Source: a virus. Taken from it: a stretch of DNA of 64,000 nt. The notes beneath the pieces are model-generated. The model ran no database searches and was not told where the DNA came from. It saw only the letters and a program-made list of their open reading frames with translations. Made by a program: the position numbers and the translations under genes. Location of the stretch: positions 8,961 to 72,960 of IMG/VR virus record IMGVR_UViG_3300033066_002009; one strand, 5' to 3'. Below, piece after piece: positions 1 to 9,241 of this stretch. Positions within the stretch are counted from its first letter, which is position 1. Each line of letters begins with the position of its first letter.

Positions 1-273
1 TTCTTGAGCACGCGGGCCTGCCTCCTCCTCCTTAAGCGCCAGACGGCCTCCCAGAAGGCCCAGGGGCAACGTTATAGCCCAGGTGTGGGGGTGACGGGCG
101 GCGTGGAGCTGGAGGCTCTTACGCCCCGAACCAAGAAGAATGGCGCGTACAGTCGCCTCCTTGGCCGGCGAGTCGGGAATGAACTGGTCGGCGGGGTCGA
201 ACACGATCGGCCATGCATGATAGGTTTTCACAGGGGCTCCTTTGAACGAGCTAAGGTATATCAAGGGAGATAG

Positions 274-1111
274 AGCCCGTCAAGCCTAAAAAAAGCATGT
301 GCCATGTTTACTCCCCCCTTATGACGTCGAACCTTGAAGAGTCACATGTTTATTTATCTCAATGAAATCTAAGGGTTGCGGAGGTGTTGCAAAACGGAAT
401 TTAAACGATCCAGGGAGTTTTGCGGCACAACTCTTTGAAAACACTACTAAATGTTTAACTCCCTGGAAGATCTAACGTATTTACTGACATGAAAGACCTA
501 TATAAAAGAGGGTATTTTTGGTCTTTTGTGCGTGAAAGTGCGCGTTTCCCCCTCACCTCATGACATTGCCCCACATACACCTACATGACTTTTTTACTTC
601 GCGCACACGTATCTAATGCAACTTTAGAGCTTACCACTTCAAGGGAGTCTGTTCTTGGCAGGTGGCCAAGCAGCCTGCGCACCCGCCCAGCCCCACCCTC
701 TAACTAGCAGGAGGTAGCCTGTGGCTATAGGCCCGGATCCGCGCTAACTACTCTACTACACTACATTATTTAATAAGAATGATGATGAGATGATGATGGT
801 TGACAGGGCGTCTGGATACGCTTTTTTTTGACGGTAATACGCTTACATTGTCTTACATGTAAGTCCCATGAAACGTGAAAACACTCTTCAAGGGACTTCT
901 CTAACCCCTTGTCGCAAAGGCACTTGTACAAGTTAGACTCTTAATGGTTCGACGTACTAACGTTGGTGCATTCATGGCACTAAAGTGTAAGCATGTTAGT
1001 AAAGCCAATCCTTTATTCTTCCTCGGTATAAGGCCATGCTAACCGTGCATTTAAGCCCCAAAAAACCGATAACCGGAGGCTTTCTTTTTAGCCCCAGAAT
1101 CGAGGACATCG
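274..1111. promoter_or_regulatory. 838-bp AT-rich non-coding region with palindromes and a simple repeat
   Basis: No ORF with an RBS. Contains ATGATGATGAGATGATGATGG, the perfect palindrome CTTACATGTAAG and a TTGACA hexamer. It sits upstream of the first + strand operon. Confidence 0.4.
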
Positions 1112-1513
1112 ATGCGCCTGTATTACGAGGAATTTCCCGCTGGATTGTTGCCCATGAACACCTTGTTTGCCCGTGACACTCGCAGCCTCCGCTGGGATTT
1201 TAGCGACACTGCAAGTGCTGCGTTCCTCGCACACGATGGAAAGGGCCGCATCATGGCCGTCATCAATTTCGACGCAATCGGGCGGCATCGATACGGCACA
1301 CGGCTGGTACAGCTGTACGTCGCTTGGGTGCATCCCTCACTGCGGGGCAGAGGCGTCGTGACGCAGCTGCTTGGTCTCCTGGTAGGCAAGTACCGCCCTA
1401 GTAAGTTCTGGGCTAAGGCTGTAACGCGAAACGGCGTTCGTATGCTTCGTGGGTTGGCTCGCCGCTATCCCTTGCTCAACGTGGTCAATGGTGATGTTAG
1501 GGTGCTCGGTTGA
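1112..1513 (+). CDS. GNAT family N-acetyltransferase
   Basis: RBS GAGGA before the ATG. Motif-A-like QLYVAWVHPSLRGRGVVTQLLGLLV. Confidence 0.6.
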   Translation: MRLYYEEFPAGLLPMNTLFARDTRSLRWDFSDTASAAFLAHDGKGRIMAVINFDAIGRHRYGTRLVQLYVAWVHPSLRGRGVVTQLLGLLVGKYRPSKFWAKAVTRNGVRMLRGLARRYPLLNVVNGDVRVLG

Positions 1514-1746
1514 TGGAGCGATATCGGGATTTCCGAGATGTACCTTCGGCTGATTCTCTTTTGCAATTCTGCAGGCGCTGCAGGCGCTGCAGTCGTTGGC
1601 ACCGCGTGGACCGCCCGGGCTCTTGCTTTGTAGATATCACGTATCGATACCCTAAGGAGTTCTGGGTAGCGCGGGGGATTGGTTATACGTTTGGCGTGAT
1701 CGCTGGAAATGGTAATCGCGTCATAAACCCGGGGGAAGGTATTTAA
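1510..1746 (+). CDS. Cys-rich small protein with C-terminal xYTFG motif (family A, array 1, member 1)
   Basis: Pattern CxxCxxCxxWH...GYTFGV. Start overlaps the upstream stop (ATGA). Confidence 0.55.
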   Translation: MMERYRDFRDVPSADSLLQFCRRCRRCSRWHRVDRPGSCFVDITYRYPKEFWVARGIGYTFGVIAGNGNRVINPGEGI

Positions 1747-2006
1747 TGGAGAGCCCCATTGCGTCGATGCCCGAATGGCTGCGCGACAGCAAAGTTCCGA
1801 TGTTCCTGTGTATCTCTTGTGACCATTTCCACCCCACGCATGACGCTATTACCGGTAAAGACCTTTGTTTAGCGCCTTGCCCGACAACGGGAGGCTACTC
1901 CACGTTTAGCGCGTTTTTGTATCGAAGCGGTGTTGTGTACACGTTCGGCATTCTCGACGATACGGGTAGTTCAATCCCGCTGGAGGTCTTGTCGTGGACA
2001 AGCTGA
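1746..2006 (+). CDS. family A member 2 (C-terminal VYTFGI)
   Basis: Paralog: CISCDHFHP...GVVYTFGI. Start overlaps the upstream stop (TAATG). Confidence 0.55.
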   Translation: MESPIASMPEWLRDSKVPMFLCISCDHFHPTHDAITGKDLCLAPCPTTGGYSTFSAFLYRSGVVYTFGILDDTGSSIPLEVLSWTS

Positions 2007-2260
2007 CCGAGTCCCCCCGCTTCCCTGAAGGCGGTGATTGGCTCCTTTGGTGGTGTTTGTATTGTACGCATTGGCATCCAGTTGTCTTGCCAGATGGTCT
2101 TCGTGCGTGGCAAAACGGCGGTTGTAGCGCCTTGGAGAGTTACCCAACGGCCATGGCTTTCTTTAACACTGTCGGCGCTGCGTACACTTTTGGTGTCGTT
2201 ACTTTCGTGGTTGAGGGTCTCAGATACGCCGCCAGCGGTAATCTCTATCCAGAACCGTAA
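1994..2260 (+). CDS. family A member 3 (C-terminal AYTFGV)
   Basis: Paralog: WCLYCTHWHP...AAYTFGV. Confidence 0.55.
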   Translation: MDKLTESPRFPEGGDWLLWWCLYCTHWHPVVLPDGLRAWQNGGCSALESYPTAMAFFNTVGAAYTFGVVTFVVEGLRYAASGNLYPEP

Positions 2261-2273
2261 AAGAGGCAATGCG

Positions 2274-2522
2274 ATGACATTCAAGTCTTGTTTTGAAGAG
2301 ATTGTCCTCCGTTCCCGCGTCACTTGGTGTACACGTTGCGCGGCATATCACCCTGACGTGTCAGAAGATGGCCATGACTTGAGAAATGTTCCGTGCATGG
2401 CACGAGAGCAACACAAGCGCTTAGTCTTGTTCTTTAGTGCTCGCGGCCTTGCATACACTTTTGGCGTAACCAATTACGGTGGAATCCTTTATCCACCGCA
2501 TGTTCTTTTGGACGGAGTGTAA
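2274..2522 (+). CDS. family A member 4 (C-terminal AYTFGV)
   Basis: RBS AAGAGG. Paralog: WCTRCAAYHP...LAYTFGV. The longer ORF from 2034 is judged a frame artefact. Confidence 0.55.
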   Translation: MTFKSCFEEIVLRSRVTWCTRCAAYHPDVSEDGHDLRNVPCMAREQHKRLVLFFSARGLAYTFGVTNYGGILYPPHVLLDGV

Positions 2523-2775
2523 TGTGTCGAAGCTGACGCTGGATAACAGCACCCTTATTTGGTGTACGTATTGCCGCCAGTGGCATTTAATGCCTAAACG
2601 GAGTTTCACTGGGCAGGTCGGGTCTTATGAGTGTATAGACCTTGTAAGTTACAAGACGGCGATGTCTTGTTTCCAGGACCACGGTGTGGTCTATACCTTC
2701 GGTATCATTGCAGGCCCCACATCGGGTTACCGGTATAGCACAAGCGGCGGCATTACCGTTGTCATGGGGGAATAA
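2479..2775 (+). CDS. family A member 5 (C-terminal VYTFGI)
   Basis: Paralog: WCTYCRQWH...VVYTFGI. Exact start uncertain (2479 or 2497). Confidence 0.5.
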   Translation: MESFIHRMFFWTECNVSKLTLDNSTLIWCTYCRQWHLMPKRSFTGQVGSYECIDLVSYKTAMSCFQDHGVVYTFGIIAGPTSGYRYSTSGGITVVMGE

Positions 2776-3426
2776 GTGACTCGCATGGTTTTAATGAGTG
2801 ACACACATAATCGTCACGACAGACTCACAGTCCCGGAGGGGGATATTGTCATTCACGCGGGTGACGCTACGTGGGGCGGCACTTACCGAGAGTTAAAGCC
2901 CTTCGCTGGGTGGTTTTCCGGGCTACCCCACAAACATAAAGTAATGGTTGCAGGAAACCACGACGATCTCTTGTCAATTGATCCGGAGATCGTCACTTCG
3001 CTCGGCATTCATTACTTGGCTTACGCGTCAGTGACTTTGGAAGGCCTCCTGATCTACGGTGGCCCTTTCTACACTGTTCCAGATAAGCGCGTATACCGCA
3101 TCGACGAGAGATGGGCTGCATTCAAGATTAGCGAAGTGTGGGCTGAACGCGCGTTTTCAGAGGCGCCTAGTAATCCAGATATTGTTGTGACGCATAGGCC
3201 CCCAAGAGGAACTCTCGATTGGGTGATTGGTGACGGGGTTCACGGCGGAAGCTTAGCTGTGAAGAAGTACGTGGAACGTGTAAAGCCAAGGCTCCACGTC
3301 TTTGGACACATTCATGATAGCCGCGGGAAGACCCAGACACCTGGAACCCTGACGTTGTACGTGAACGCTGCGTGCCACGACGAAAACATGAACTTCGTTG
3401 ACGGCTGTTACGTCGTCGATTTGTAA
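2776..3426 (+). CDS. calcineurin-like metallophosphoesterase
   Basis: Motifs SDTHN, GDATWGG, GNHDD and GHIHD. Confidence 0.7.
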   Translation: MTRMVLMSDTHNRHDRLTVPEGDIVIHAGDATWGGTYRELKPFAGWFSGLPHKHKVMVAGNHDDLLSIDPEIVTSLGIHYLAYASVTLEGLLIYGGPFYTVPDKRVYRIDERWAAFKISEVWAERAFSEAPSNPDIVVTHRPPRGTLDWVIGDGVHGGSLAVKKYVERVKPRLHVFGHIHDSRGKTQTPGTLTLYVNAACHDENMNFVDGCYVVDL

Positions 3427-3435
3427 GGGGCTCAA

Positions 3436-3735
3436 ATGGAATACATGGATCCCTGGCCGTACCAGGAGCTGCTGCGCTCCGCTCCCCGTTACGTGAAACG
3501 TGACGGCACCGGACGTGTTTGCATCCTCTATAGTGCGTTTTACCGAACTAGTTTTCATCGACGAGCATTTGGCCTGCCGCCACTTGAATCAGACGGACAC
3601 ATGGTATTCCGTTTTCGATGCGGTGATGATATGTCCGTCAAAGGTGTAAATCGTGGCTGTTATCATCCTCGCTTTGCTCTCTGGAAAAGGCTCTTCGCCG
3701 ATTTTCCGAACTGTATGGCGTGCATGTCGGAGTAG
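3436..3735 (+). CDS. small protein family B (C-terminal CMxCMxE) member 1
   Basis: Motifs PRYVKRDGTGRVCIL and NCMACMSE. Paralogous to the next six family members. Confidence 0.5.
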   Translation: MEYMDPWPYQELLRSAPRYVKRDGTGRVCILYSAFYRTSFHRRAFGLPPLESDGHMVFRFRCGDDMSVKGVNRGCYHPRFALWKRLFADFPNCMACMSE

Positions 3736-3751
3736 TAAAAGGATAGCCACC

Positions 3752-4009
3752 ATGTACCACATGAGCCCACGTGACTTCATAGAGGCGCTTCACCAATCCC
3801 CTAGATTTGTAAAGAGACCAGACCGTCAACGGGTTTGTATTTTGCGGTCTTGTTGGTCAACTCTAGCGAACCAAGTAGTCATGTACTACAAATGCGGGGA
3901 CATCGAGCTTTTCGATGGGGGCGCGTACAGCCGACGAAAGAGGCGTTACGCGCTTTCAGATAAGGTTTTTGTCGATGCGCCAACGTGTATGTTGTGTATG
4001 GCTGAATAA
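3752..4009 (+). CDS. family B member 2
   Basis: RBS AAAGGA. Motifs PRFVKRPDRQRVCIL and TCMLCMAE. Confidence 0.5.
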   Translation: MYHMSPRDFIEALHQSPRFVKRPDRQRVCILRSCWSTLANQVVMYYKCGDIELFDGGAYSRRKRRYALSDKVFVDAPTCMLCMAE

Positions 4010-4026
4010 CAACGCGGGAGGTTCCG

Positions 4027-4305
4027 GTGGAACATCTGTTGTACTACGAAGTGCTTCAGCGTATCCGCCACGGCCAGCCGTTCAAACGCCCGGGTACGTC
4101 ACTCGTTTGCGTCGTACACGCAATCAGTCGTTCCAGCAATGCTAAGTGCGTTTACATACGCACTAAGTGTAGGGACAGCGTACTCATTGCAGAGCCGTGG
4201 CTCGTTGGCCTGGGTACTGTGGCGTATGCGCGTATCTTGGTAGAAGAAGTAAACGCGCACGACGGCAATGTGAATTGCATGATGGGGTGCGCAGAGGGGG
4301 AATGA
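4027..4305 (+). CDS. family B member 3 (GTG start)
   Basis: RBS GGGAGG 7 nt upstream of the GTG. Motifs QPFKRPGTSLVCVV and NCMMGCAEGE. Confidence 0.45.
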   Translation: MEHLLYYEVLQRIRHGQPFKRPGTSLVCVVHAISRSSNAKCVYIRTKCRDSVLIAEPWLVGLGTVAYARILVEEVNAHDGNVNCMMGCAEGE

Positions 4306-4643
4306 TGGACAAAGGAGAGCTGCAGGTCACGGTCAAGACCTTCATGGAGGAAAGCCTCAGCGTGTTGGTATGTGCGTGCTACGTCGATGCGATGATACGC
4401 CGCGCAAGTGATGTCGTGCGCAGCCATCAGTCCTGGTGGCGTCGATTGGCCGCTCGACCGGTGCCCCCGTATCCGTTGATTGACGAGATCGTCGGATACG
4501 TGAAGTTGGCAAGCGTGCTCCCCATGGAGCGCGTGATCGGCGTCGACGCGAGAATCTTCGCACGGTACGACGACTGCAAAAGTCTTGCGGACCAGATCCG
4601 CCAGACGCAACCTGCGCACACGGTCCACAAGGAGGCCAAATGA
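4302..4643 (+). CDS. small protein family C (WWRR motif) member 1
   Basis: RBS GAGGGGG. Motif SWWRRLAARPVPP. Confidence 0.5.
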   Translation: MMDKGELQVTVKTFMEESLSVLVCACYVDAMIRRASDVVRSHQSWWRRLAARPVPPYPLIDEIVGYVKLASVLPMERVIGVDARIFARYDDCKSLADQIRQTQPAHTVHKEAK

Positions 4644-5011
4644 TGTTCGTCACAATGTCCGTGAAGAAGTTCCGCGCAGAGTGTTACGAGGCGCTCGAAA
4701 GCGCGCTGTACCTGGACCACGCCATTCGGCTGGCCACACAGGGCATCTACAACAAGGCGCCGTGGTGGCGTCGACCCTTCTTGCCTCGTTCGTCCAGCCG
4801 GTTCTGGATGATCAACAAGGTCGTCTTCCACCTCTCGGAGGTGGCGATCGCGGGCGAGGATCAGATGATCGAGGTCGAGGGCACCCTCTTCCACAGGTTC
4901 AATCAGATCAACGGCCTCGCTTCGAATATCCGCATCGCTGTTGAAGGTGGTGCCCCTGCTCCGGCTACGCTCAAGGCGATCCAATTCGACCTGGACCGCA
5001 TCAATGAGTGA
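4640..5011 (+). CDS. family C member 2
   Basis: RBS AAGGAGG. Motif KAPWWRRPFLP. Confidence 0.5.
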   Translation: MMFVTMSVKKFRAECYEALESALYLDHAIRLATQGIYNKAPWWRRPFLPRSSSRFWMINKVVFHLSEVAIAGEDQMIEVEGTLFHRFNQINGLASNIRIAVEGGAPAPATLKAIQFDLDRINE

Positions 5012-5324
5012 TTCCGCCGAGATGCCCGCCCGGGAGTTCAAGGAGAGGTGCAAGGCGACGATGGACAGCATCGCATTCCTCGCACCCATCCTCGCCGCCG
5101 TGCGGCAGGACGAACGGGCCAAGCTTCCGTGGTGGCGCCGTTTTTTCGTTCCCAAAGACACCCAGTGCCCAAGGGCGCTCGCCATTGTAGAAAACTTTTT
5201 GGCACAGGTAGACGGATTCTACGGAACCGTGATCGTGAATACGTGGATCCTAGCTGCTTTTGATGCCTGGGATCGAATCGCTGCCGAGGTGCGAGAGCCC
5301 TTCAAGGGCGCGCCTTATCGATAG
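5004..5324 (+). CDS. family C member 3
   Basis: Motif KLPWWRRFFVP. Start overlaps the upstream stop. Confidence 0.45.
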   Translation: MSDSAEMPAREFKERCKATMDSIAFLAPILAAVRQDERAKLPWWRRFFVPKDTQCPRALAIVENFLAQVDGFYGTVIVNTWILAAFDAWDRIAAEVREPFKGAPYR

Positions 5325-5333
5325 GAGAACAAC

Positions 5334-5609
5334 ATGGGCCGCTTGGTGAGCGCAAAGGAGTTCTGCGACGCCCTCCCCAGGATAGGGGAACCGATGCACC
5401 GCCTGGGAAGCAACATTGTTTGCGAGGCGAACGGAACGGACATCGGTGCGTACAGTTACGTGGTGCACCTCTTCACCCGTTGCAGAGAGTACGATGCTCT
5501 GTATAGCATCGAACCAGAACTCCTTTGCGTAGAGTTCGACCTTTCCACCGCCGTAAGTGTCGGGGGAGCCCCCGCCGTCACTTGCTTCAAATGCCTGACA
5601 ACGGAGTAA
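5334..5609 (+). CDS. family B member 4
   Basis: RBS AGGAG. Motifs PMHRLGSNIVCE and VTCFKCLTTE. Confidence 0.5.
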   Translation: MGRLVSAKEFCDALPRIGEPMHRLGSNIVCEANGTDIGAYSYVVHLFTRCREYDALYSIEPELLCVEFDLSTAVSVGGAPAVTCFKCLTTE

Positions 5610-5612
5610 ACC

Positions 5613-5930
5613 ATGGGACAGAGAGTTGCCGGATGGCGTTTTATGGAATTACTCCCGTTGCCGGGAGCCCCGATCAAGCGCCACGGATCCCCGCTGACGT
5701 GCCAAGTAAAGAAACGGCAGTTGTCTTCCAAAGGCAGCATCATCATCGTCAAGATGGAATGTGGCCAGTCCCTGGCATTTGGGTCACTCCACGACAAGGA
5801 AGGAAACTTCGTGTTCGATAGTGACGCGGCTGCAAAGGCACACGCGGATGTTGTGACATGTATGGACTGCCAGTTCGACCTCGTAGAGCCTGTGGAGGAT
5901 CCTCGTTTTTGGGAGATGGAAGGAAAGTGA
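5613..5930 (+). CDS. family B member 5
   Basis: RBS GGAG. Motifs PIKRHGSPLTCQ and VVTCMDCQ. Confidence 0.5.
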   Translation: MGQRVAGWRFMELLPLPGAPIKRHGSPLTCQVKKRQLSSKGSIIIVKMECGQSLAFGSLHDKEGNFVFDSDAAAKAHADVVTCMDCQFDLVEPVEDPRFWEMEGK

Positions 5931-6211
5931 ACCGTAGAGTCTACGCGAAAGCCTTTATGGAGACGTTGCCCCAAAAGGGACAGCCAATCCGCTTCCAACA
6001 CCACAAACTCAATCACTGCGTAAACAAACTGCTCATCGGTGGGTATGGGCAGATCGTTTGGGTAGAAACGGTGTGTTCAAAGTACCTCCCTTTCCAAAGC
6101 ACAACTCCCATAGACCGCGCAACCCCGAAGTTCAACAAAGACATTGCAGCGGCAGCGCATGCCGAAGCCGTTACGTGTTTGTACTGCGTGGCGGGGGTTC
6201 CCGCCGAATAA
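5927..6211 (+). CDS. family B member 6 (GTG start)
   Basis: RBS GGAAGGA. Motifs QPIRFQHHKLNHC and AVTCLYCVAGVPAE. Confidence 0.45.
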   Translation: MNRRVYAKAFMETLPQKGQPIRFQHHKLNHCVNKLLIGGYGQIVWVETVCSKYLPFQSTTPIDRATPKFNKDIAAAAHAEAVTCLYCVAGVPAE

Positions 6212-6220
6212 GGAGGCGCC

Positions 6221-6493
6221 ATGGGTGCAAAGCTTTCCGCGCATGAATTCTGTCGGAGGTTTCCGGACTACGACCGCCCCATAAAGTTACCGAACAGCCC
6301 CTTAGTACATCGCCTTGTCAGTATTGACCCGTACGCATCTCATGGCTTCATCCGAGCGAACGCAAAGTGTGGCCATGTTTACCGATACCTCCCTACTTCG
6401 CGAAAACGCGGTAAGCCCATGTACGACGCCGCCGAGCTTCACAAAGTCTCGGCGTCCTTAGTGACTTGCATGTTGTGTGAGGTGTCGGAATGA
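6221..6493 (+). CDS. family B member 7
   Basis: RBS AAGGAGG. Motifs PIKLPNSPLVHRL and LVTCMLCEVSE. Confidence 0.55.
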   Translation: MGAKLSAHEFCRRFPDYDRPIKLPNSPLVHRLVSIDPYASHGFIRANAKCGHVYRYLPTSRKRGKPMYDAAELHKVSASLVTCMLCEVSE

Positions 6494-6511
6494 CTACCTC
6501 AGATTTCCGAC

Positions 6512-7030
6512 TTGCCTTTTGTGCATTACGTAGTTCTTCCCCGATTCCCTTCGAGGTTTCCGATGGAACAGCTGTGTCTCCCTGAGTTCGAGCCCTGGGT
6601 TGATGAACGTAACAAAGATTTGCTCGCGTCTTTCAAAGCGCGATTGCCCCAGCTCAAGGCGCTGCTCGCTAAGGTAGAGAGTCACTGGCGGATGGAGGAC
6701 ATGTTCTACCGTTTCTATCATCATAGTTTCAAGGTTTTCTACATGCAGAACGACACGGCAGAAATCGTCAAGCTCTTGCGGGAGTTCGCCGGAAAGCGGG
6801 GGCTTAGTAAGGCGTTCCTCGATATTGTCGAAAACGGCGCTAAGCAGAAGTTCAGTTGGGAAACTACCAATAAGAACTGGGCCGCAGAGACGCAGCCGAT
6901 CCTCGAGGCATTTTTTCACGCCCACTACTTTCTCAAGCTCATCTGCCAGTACGCAGAACAGCTTGAATACGCGCCCTGCCAGTTGCCGAGTGGTTGGGCC
7001 GTAGTGCTCTACCTTTACAACACCAGATGA
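6512..7030 (+). CDS. hypothetical protein
   Basis: 172-aa ORF on the coding strand of this array. No recognisable motif. Confidence 0.45.
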   Translation: MPFVHYVVLPRFPSRFPMEQLCLPEFEPWVDERNKDLLASFKARLPQLKALLAKVESHWRMEDMFYRFYHHSFKVFYMQNDTAEIVKLLREFAGKRGLSKAFLDIVENGAKQKFSWETTNKNWAAETQPILEAFFHAHYFLKLICQYAEQLEYAPCQLPSGWAVVLYLYNTR

Positions 7031-7263
7031 CCCACGATATTGATGTATATACGTTTGGACATCTGAGCACGTTCGCTGCTCCTCCATTCTATTACGTTTG
7101 CAGTTACTGTCGCATAAAGGTAGCACGTGACAGTAACGTCGTGCGGTCTTGGTGGTCTTGCCTGTATTGTTACAGCGGGACGTGTGGGGTGCACGGAACT
7201 TTCCTCAACGGGCCTTGTCCCGGCGCTAAGGATGAGGTTCGAAATGTCAAAGACTCCTCCTAA
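7027..7263 (+). CDS. N-terminal xYTFG zinc-finger small protein (family A, N-motif subtype)
   Basis: Sequence MTHDIDVYTFGHL followed by CSYC...CLYC...C..C. Start overlaps the upstream stop (ATGA). Confidence 0.55.
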   Translation: MTHDIDVYTFGHLSTFAAPPFYYVCSYCRIKVARDSNVVRSWWSCLYCYSGTCGVHGTFLNGPCPGAKDEVRNVKDSS

Positions 7264-7411
7264 AGCTCTCAACCCATGGCCTCCTCTTGCCCCCACTGAC
7301 GGCGAAACTAACTTCGAGCCTCCGCGGCCCCTTTTCCATGGATCTGTTGTGCACACGACGCAAAATGGAGAAGGGGCTATGGCGCGCCTCAGAAAGAAGA
7401 CTCGTACATGA
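7244..7411 (+). CDS. small hypothetical protein
   Basis: RBS AGGATGAGG then ATG. 55 aa. Confidence 0.3.
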   Translation: MSKTPPKALNPWPPLAPTDGETNFEPPRPLFHGSVVHTTQNGEGAMARLRKKTRT

Positions 7412-7794
7412 GCCGGACGTTCCGTCACGTTGACAACCCGAAACGTATTTGGCTTGCCCCTGCGGATTACCCCAGGTACTCGTCGACTAAATCATATTGG
7501 AATGACATTACCCGCGGCTGGGATTACGAAGTCTGGGAGATACCTATAACAAAAACAAAAGAATATTACACGTTCGGAGCCTCATCGCGCCTGGCGTTTG
7601 CAGCGGATTCGCCCAGCTATTCGTGGATCCACCGAGACCATAGAACCCGTGGAAAATCCTGCGGAGGCCCAGAACGCTGTTTCCGAGAATTGCGGAGGCT
7701 TTTCTTACGAGAAGCCTTGGAGGCTTGTACGGCGGCTTATTCTCGCCCACGCATTGGAAGCCCCTGTCGAGTTACTTGTCGGCCTGGGCCGTAG
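7408..7794 (+). CDS. hypothetical protein containing a YTFG motif
   Basis: Contains EYYTFGASSRL. Confidence 0.4.
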   Translation: MSRTFRHVDNPKRIWLAPADYPRYSSTKSYWNDITRGWDYEVWEIPITKTKEYYTFGASSRLAFAADSPSYSWIHRDHRTRGKSCGGPERCFRELRRLFLREALEACTAAYSRPRIGSPCRVTCRPGP

Positions 7795-7803
7795 GAGACT
7801 CCC

Positions 7804-8028
7804 GTGGCAAGAAAGAAACACGCCCCAGATTCTTACACTTTCGGTCGATTTGGATATGACTGTGCCTATTGCGGCGCGTCGCTCTCATCTTGGTATTCTT
7901 GTTTTTGGTGCATGAGCCCGCACTGTAACTGGCACGTCCTCCACGGTGCTTACGTCTGCACTAATAAAGGCACGTGCCCAGTTCCACGGCATATGTGGGT
8001 AAAAGGCACTGACAACCTAGGAGGTTAA
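7804..8028 (+). CDS. N-terminal xYTFG zinc-finger small protein
   Basis: Sequence DSYTFGRFGYDCAYCG...CFWC...CNWH. Confidence 0.55.
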   Translation: MARKKHAPDSYTFGRFGYDCAYCGASLSSWYSCFWCMSPHCNWHVLHGAYVCTNKGTCPVPRHMWVKGTDNLGG

Positions 8029-8029
8029 T

Positions 8030-8650
8030 GTGCCCAAGGAAGAGCTTCACTTGCACCACTGCAAGTGCACACCGAATGCCCTCATTCCGGCGGTGGGGTC
8101 CGCTGACGAGGTCAGTGAGGCGCCCAGGGTGTGTCCGAATTGCGATGCGCGCACGGCCCACTTCGTCCGACTCGCTACGGCCGAGGAATACACGGCGTTC
8201 TCTCCGCAGCTGGCCGAGCGACACGCGAAGAGGGACTCGGGGTTCGCGTACCGCCACATGTATTTCCAGCAGAACCAGGATCGCCTCGCGCACTACATAC
8301 GGCGTGCCCGGGCGCTGGCCGCGGAATCAAACGTCCCTCACTGCGCGGTGTGTATCGACCCCGATGACACGCCGTGGCGGCCGCTCGTGGACCTCCTGAT
8401 GCCCCGGTACGACTGGGAGGCCGTCCGAGCCACGGTCCCCGACCGCCGTCCCGCCGCGAACAGCGCAATTCCGCTCGCCTTCCTGCAACGCTGGATCGGC
8501 CGTTTCCGCCCCCTGCTCCTCAATGGCGGCGTGCTGATCTGCCCCAATGGGCCGGAAGACGCCGCGGAAGTGGACGTGTTCGTGATGGCCAAGGGGGGCA
8601 TCGCCAAGTACGCCTGCCGCATCCCGGAGGAGGCGATCCATGTCAACTGA
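8030..8650 (+). CDS. hypothetical Cys/His-containing protein (GTG start)
   Basis: RBS AGGAGG 5 nt upstream of the GTG. High-GC coding region. Contains CKC, CPNC and CAVC. Confidence 0.5.
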   Translation: MPKEELHLHHCKCTPNALIPAVGSADEVSEAPRVCPNCDARTAHFVRLATAEEYTAFSPQLAERHAKRDSGFAYRHMYFQQNQDRLAHYIRRARALAAESNVPHCAVCIDPDDTPWRPLVDLLMPRYDWEAVRATVPDRRPAANSAIPLAFLQRWIGRFRPLLLNGGVLICPNGPEDAAEVDVFVMAKGGIAKYACRIPEEAIHVN

Positions 8651-9044
8651 TTGCCCGGACATGGCAAAGCGGATGGCCGCCCTGGCCAGCGAACAGGACC
8701 GCATGGCGCACCTTCTGAAGATCTGCGTCGTTGCGCGAGCGGCGCGCCTCGCCGATGGTCGAATGGCTACGCCGCTGTGCGCCGTGATCCTCTTTCCGGA
8801 GGATCAAACGGCAGCGCGCTTCGAGCGATTCATCGCGCCGCTCGGCTTCACGGTCATGTTCCCCAATGATAGGGCCTACGCATCGTTCGCAATGCCTCAG
8901 AGGCTCGTCCAGGCTTTCATCGAAAGTGAAGACCTGTTCGAGCACCACTCCGAGGGAGACCCCACAACATCGAATGTTCGCGCCTACATCATCGGGGAGA
9001 ATGGCGTGACCGTAGCCACCATCGATGAGTCGACGCTGCCGTGA
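8640..9044 (+). CDS. hypothetical protein
   Basis: 134-aa ORF overlapping the upstream gene end in the operon. Confidence 0.45.
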   Translation: MSTDCPDMAKRMAALASEQDRMAHLLKICVVARAARLADGRMATPLCAVILFPEDQTAARFERFIAPLGFTVMFPNDRAYASFAMPQRLVQAFIESEDLFEHHSEGDPTTSNVRAYIIGENGVTVATIDESTLP

Positions 9045-9241
9045 GTCGCAAGAAGGACGAGGAGCACGGGCCCGATGGGTACACCTTCGGGTTCGTGTAT
9101 TTTGCTAACACTGTACAAAGAAAATGCCGGCGTTGTGATCTACCAGTGTATTTCACACGAGGTAGGTACTGGTGTATGTTTTGTGGTTCCTCTGCCTGTT
9201 GTAACAATCACAGGCTCTGCAAAGAAAGGATGTGTAAATGA
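9041..9241 (+). CDS. N-terminal xYTFG zinc-finger small protein
   Basis: Sequence DGYTFGFVYF...CRRCD...CMFCGSSACC. Confidence 0.55.
   Translation: MSRKKDEEHGPDGYTFGFVYFANTVQRKCRRCDLPVYFTRGRYWCMFCGSSACCNNHRLCKERMCK

Noticed and set aside
4-273. Edge ORF 4-273 (+)
   Set aside because: It is truncated at the window edge, has no RBS in view, and has an unremarkable sequence. It cannot be supported.
8047-8704. Multiple long overlapping ORFs in alternative frames and on the minus strand (for example 8175-8468, 8327-8704, 8374-8718)
   Set aside because: High-GC open-frame artefacts opposite the better-supported + strand genes 8030-8650 and 8640-9044. The same judgement applies to the minus-strand ORFs at 14398-14946, 15220-15924, 22830-23717, 30302-30895, 30947-33304 and 40145-41341.
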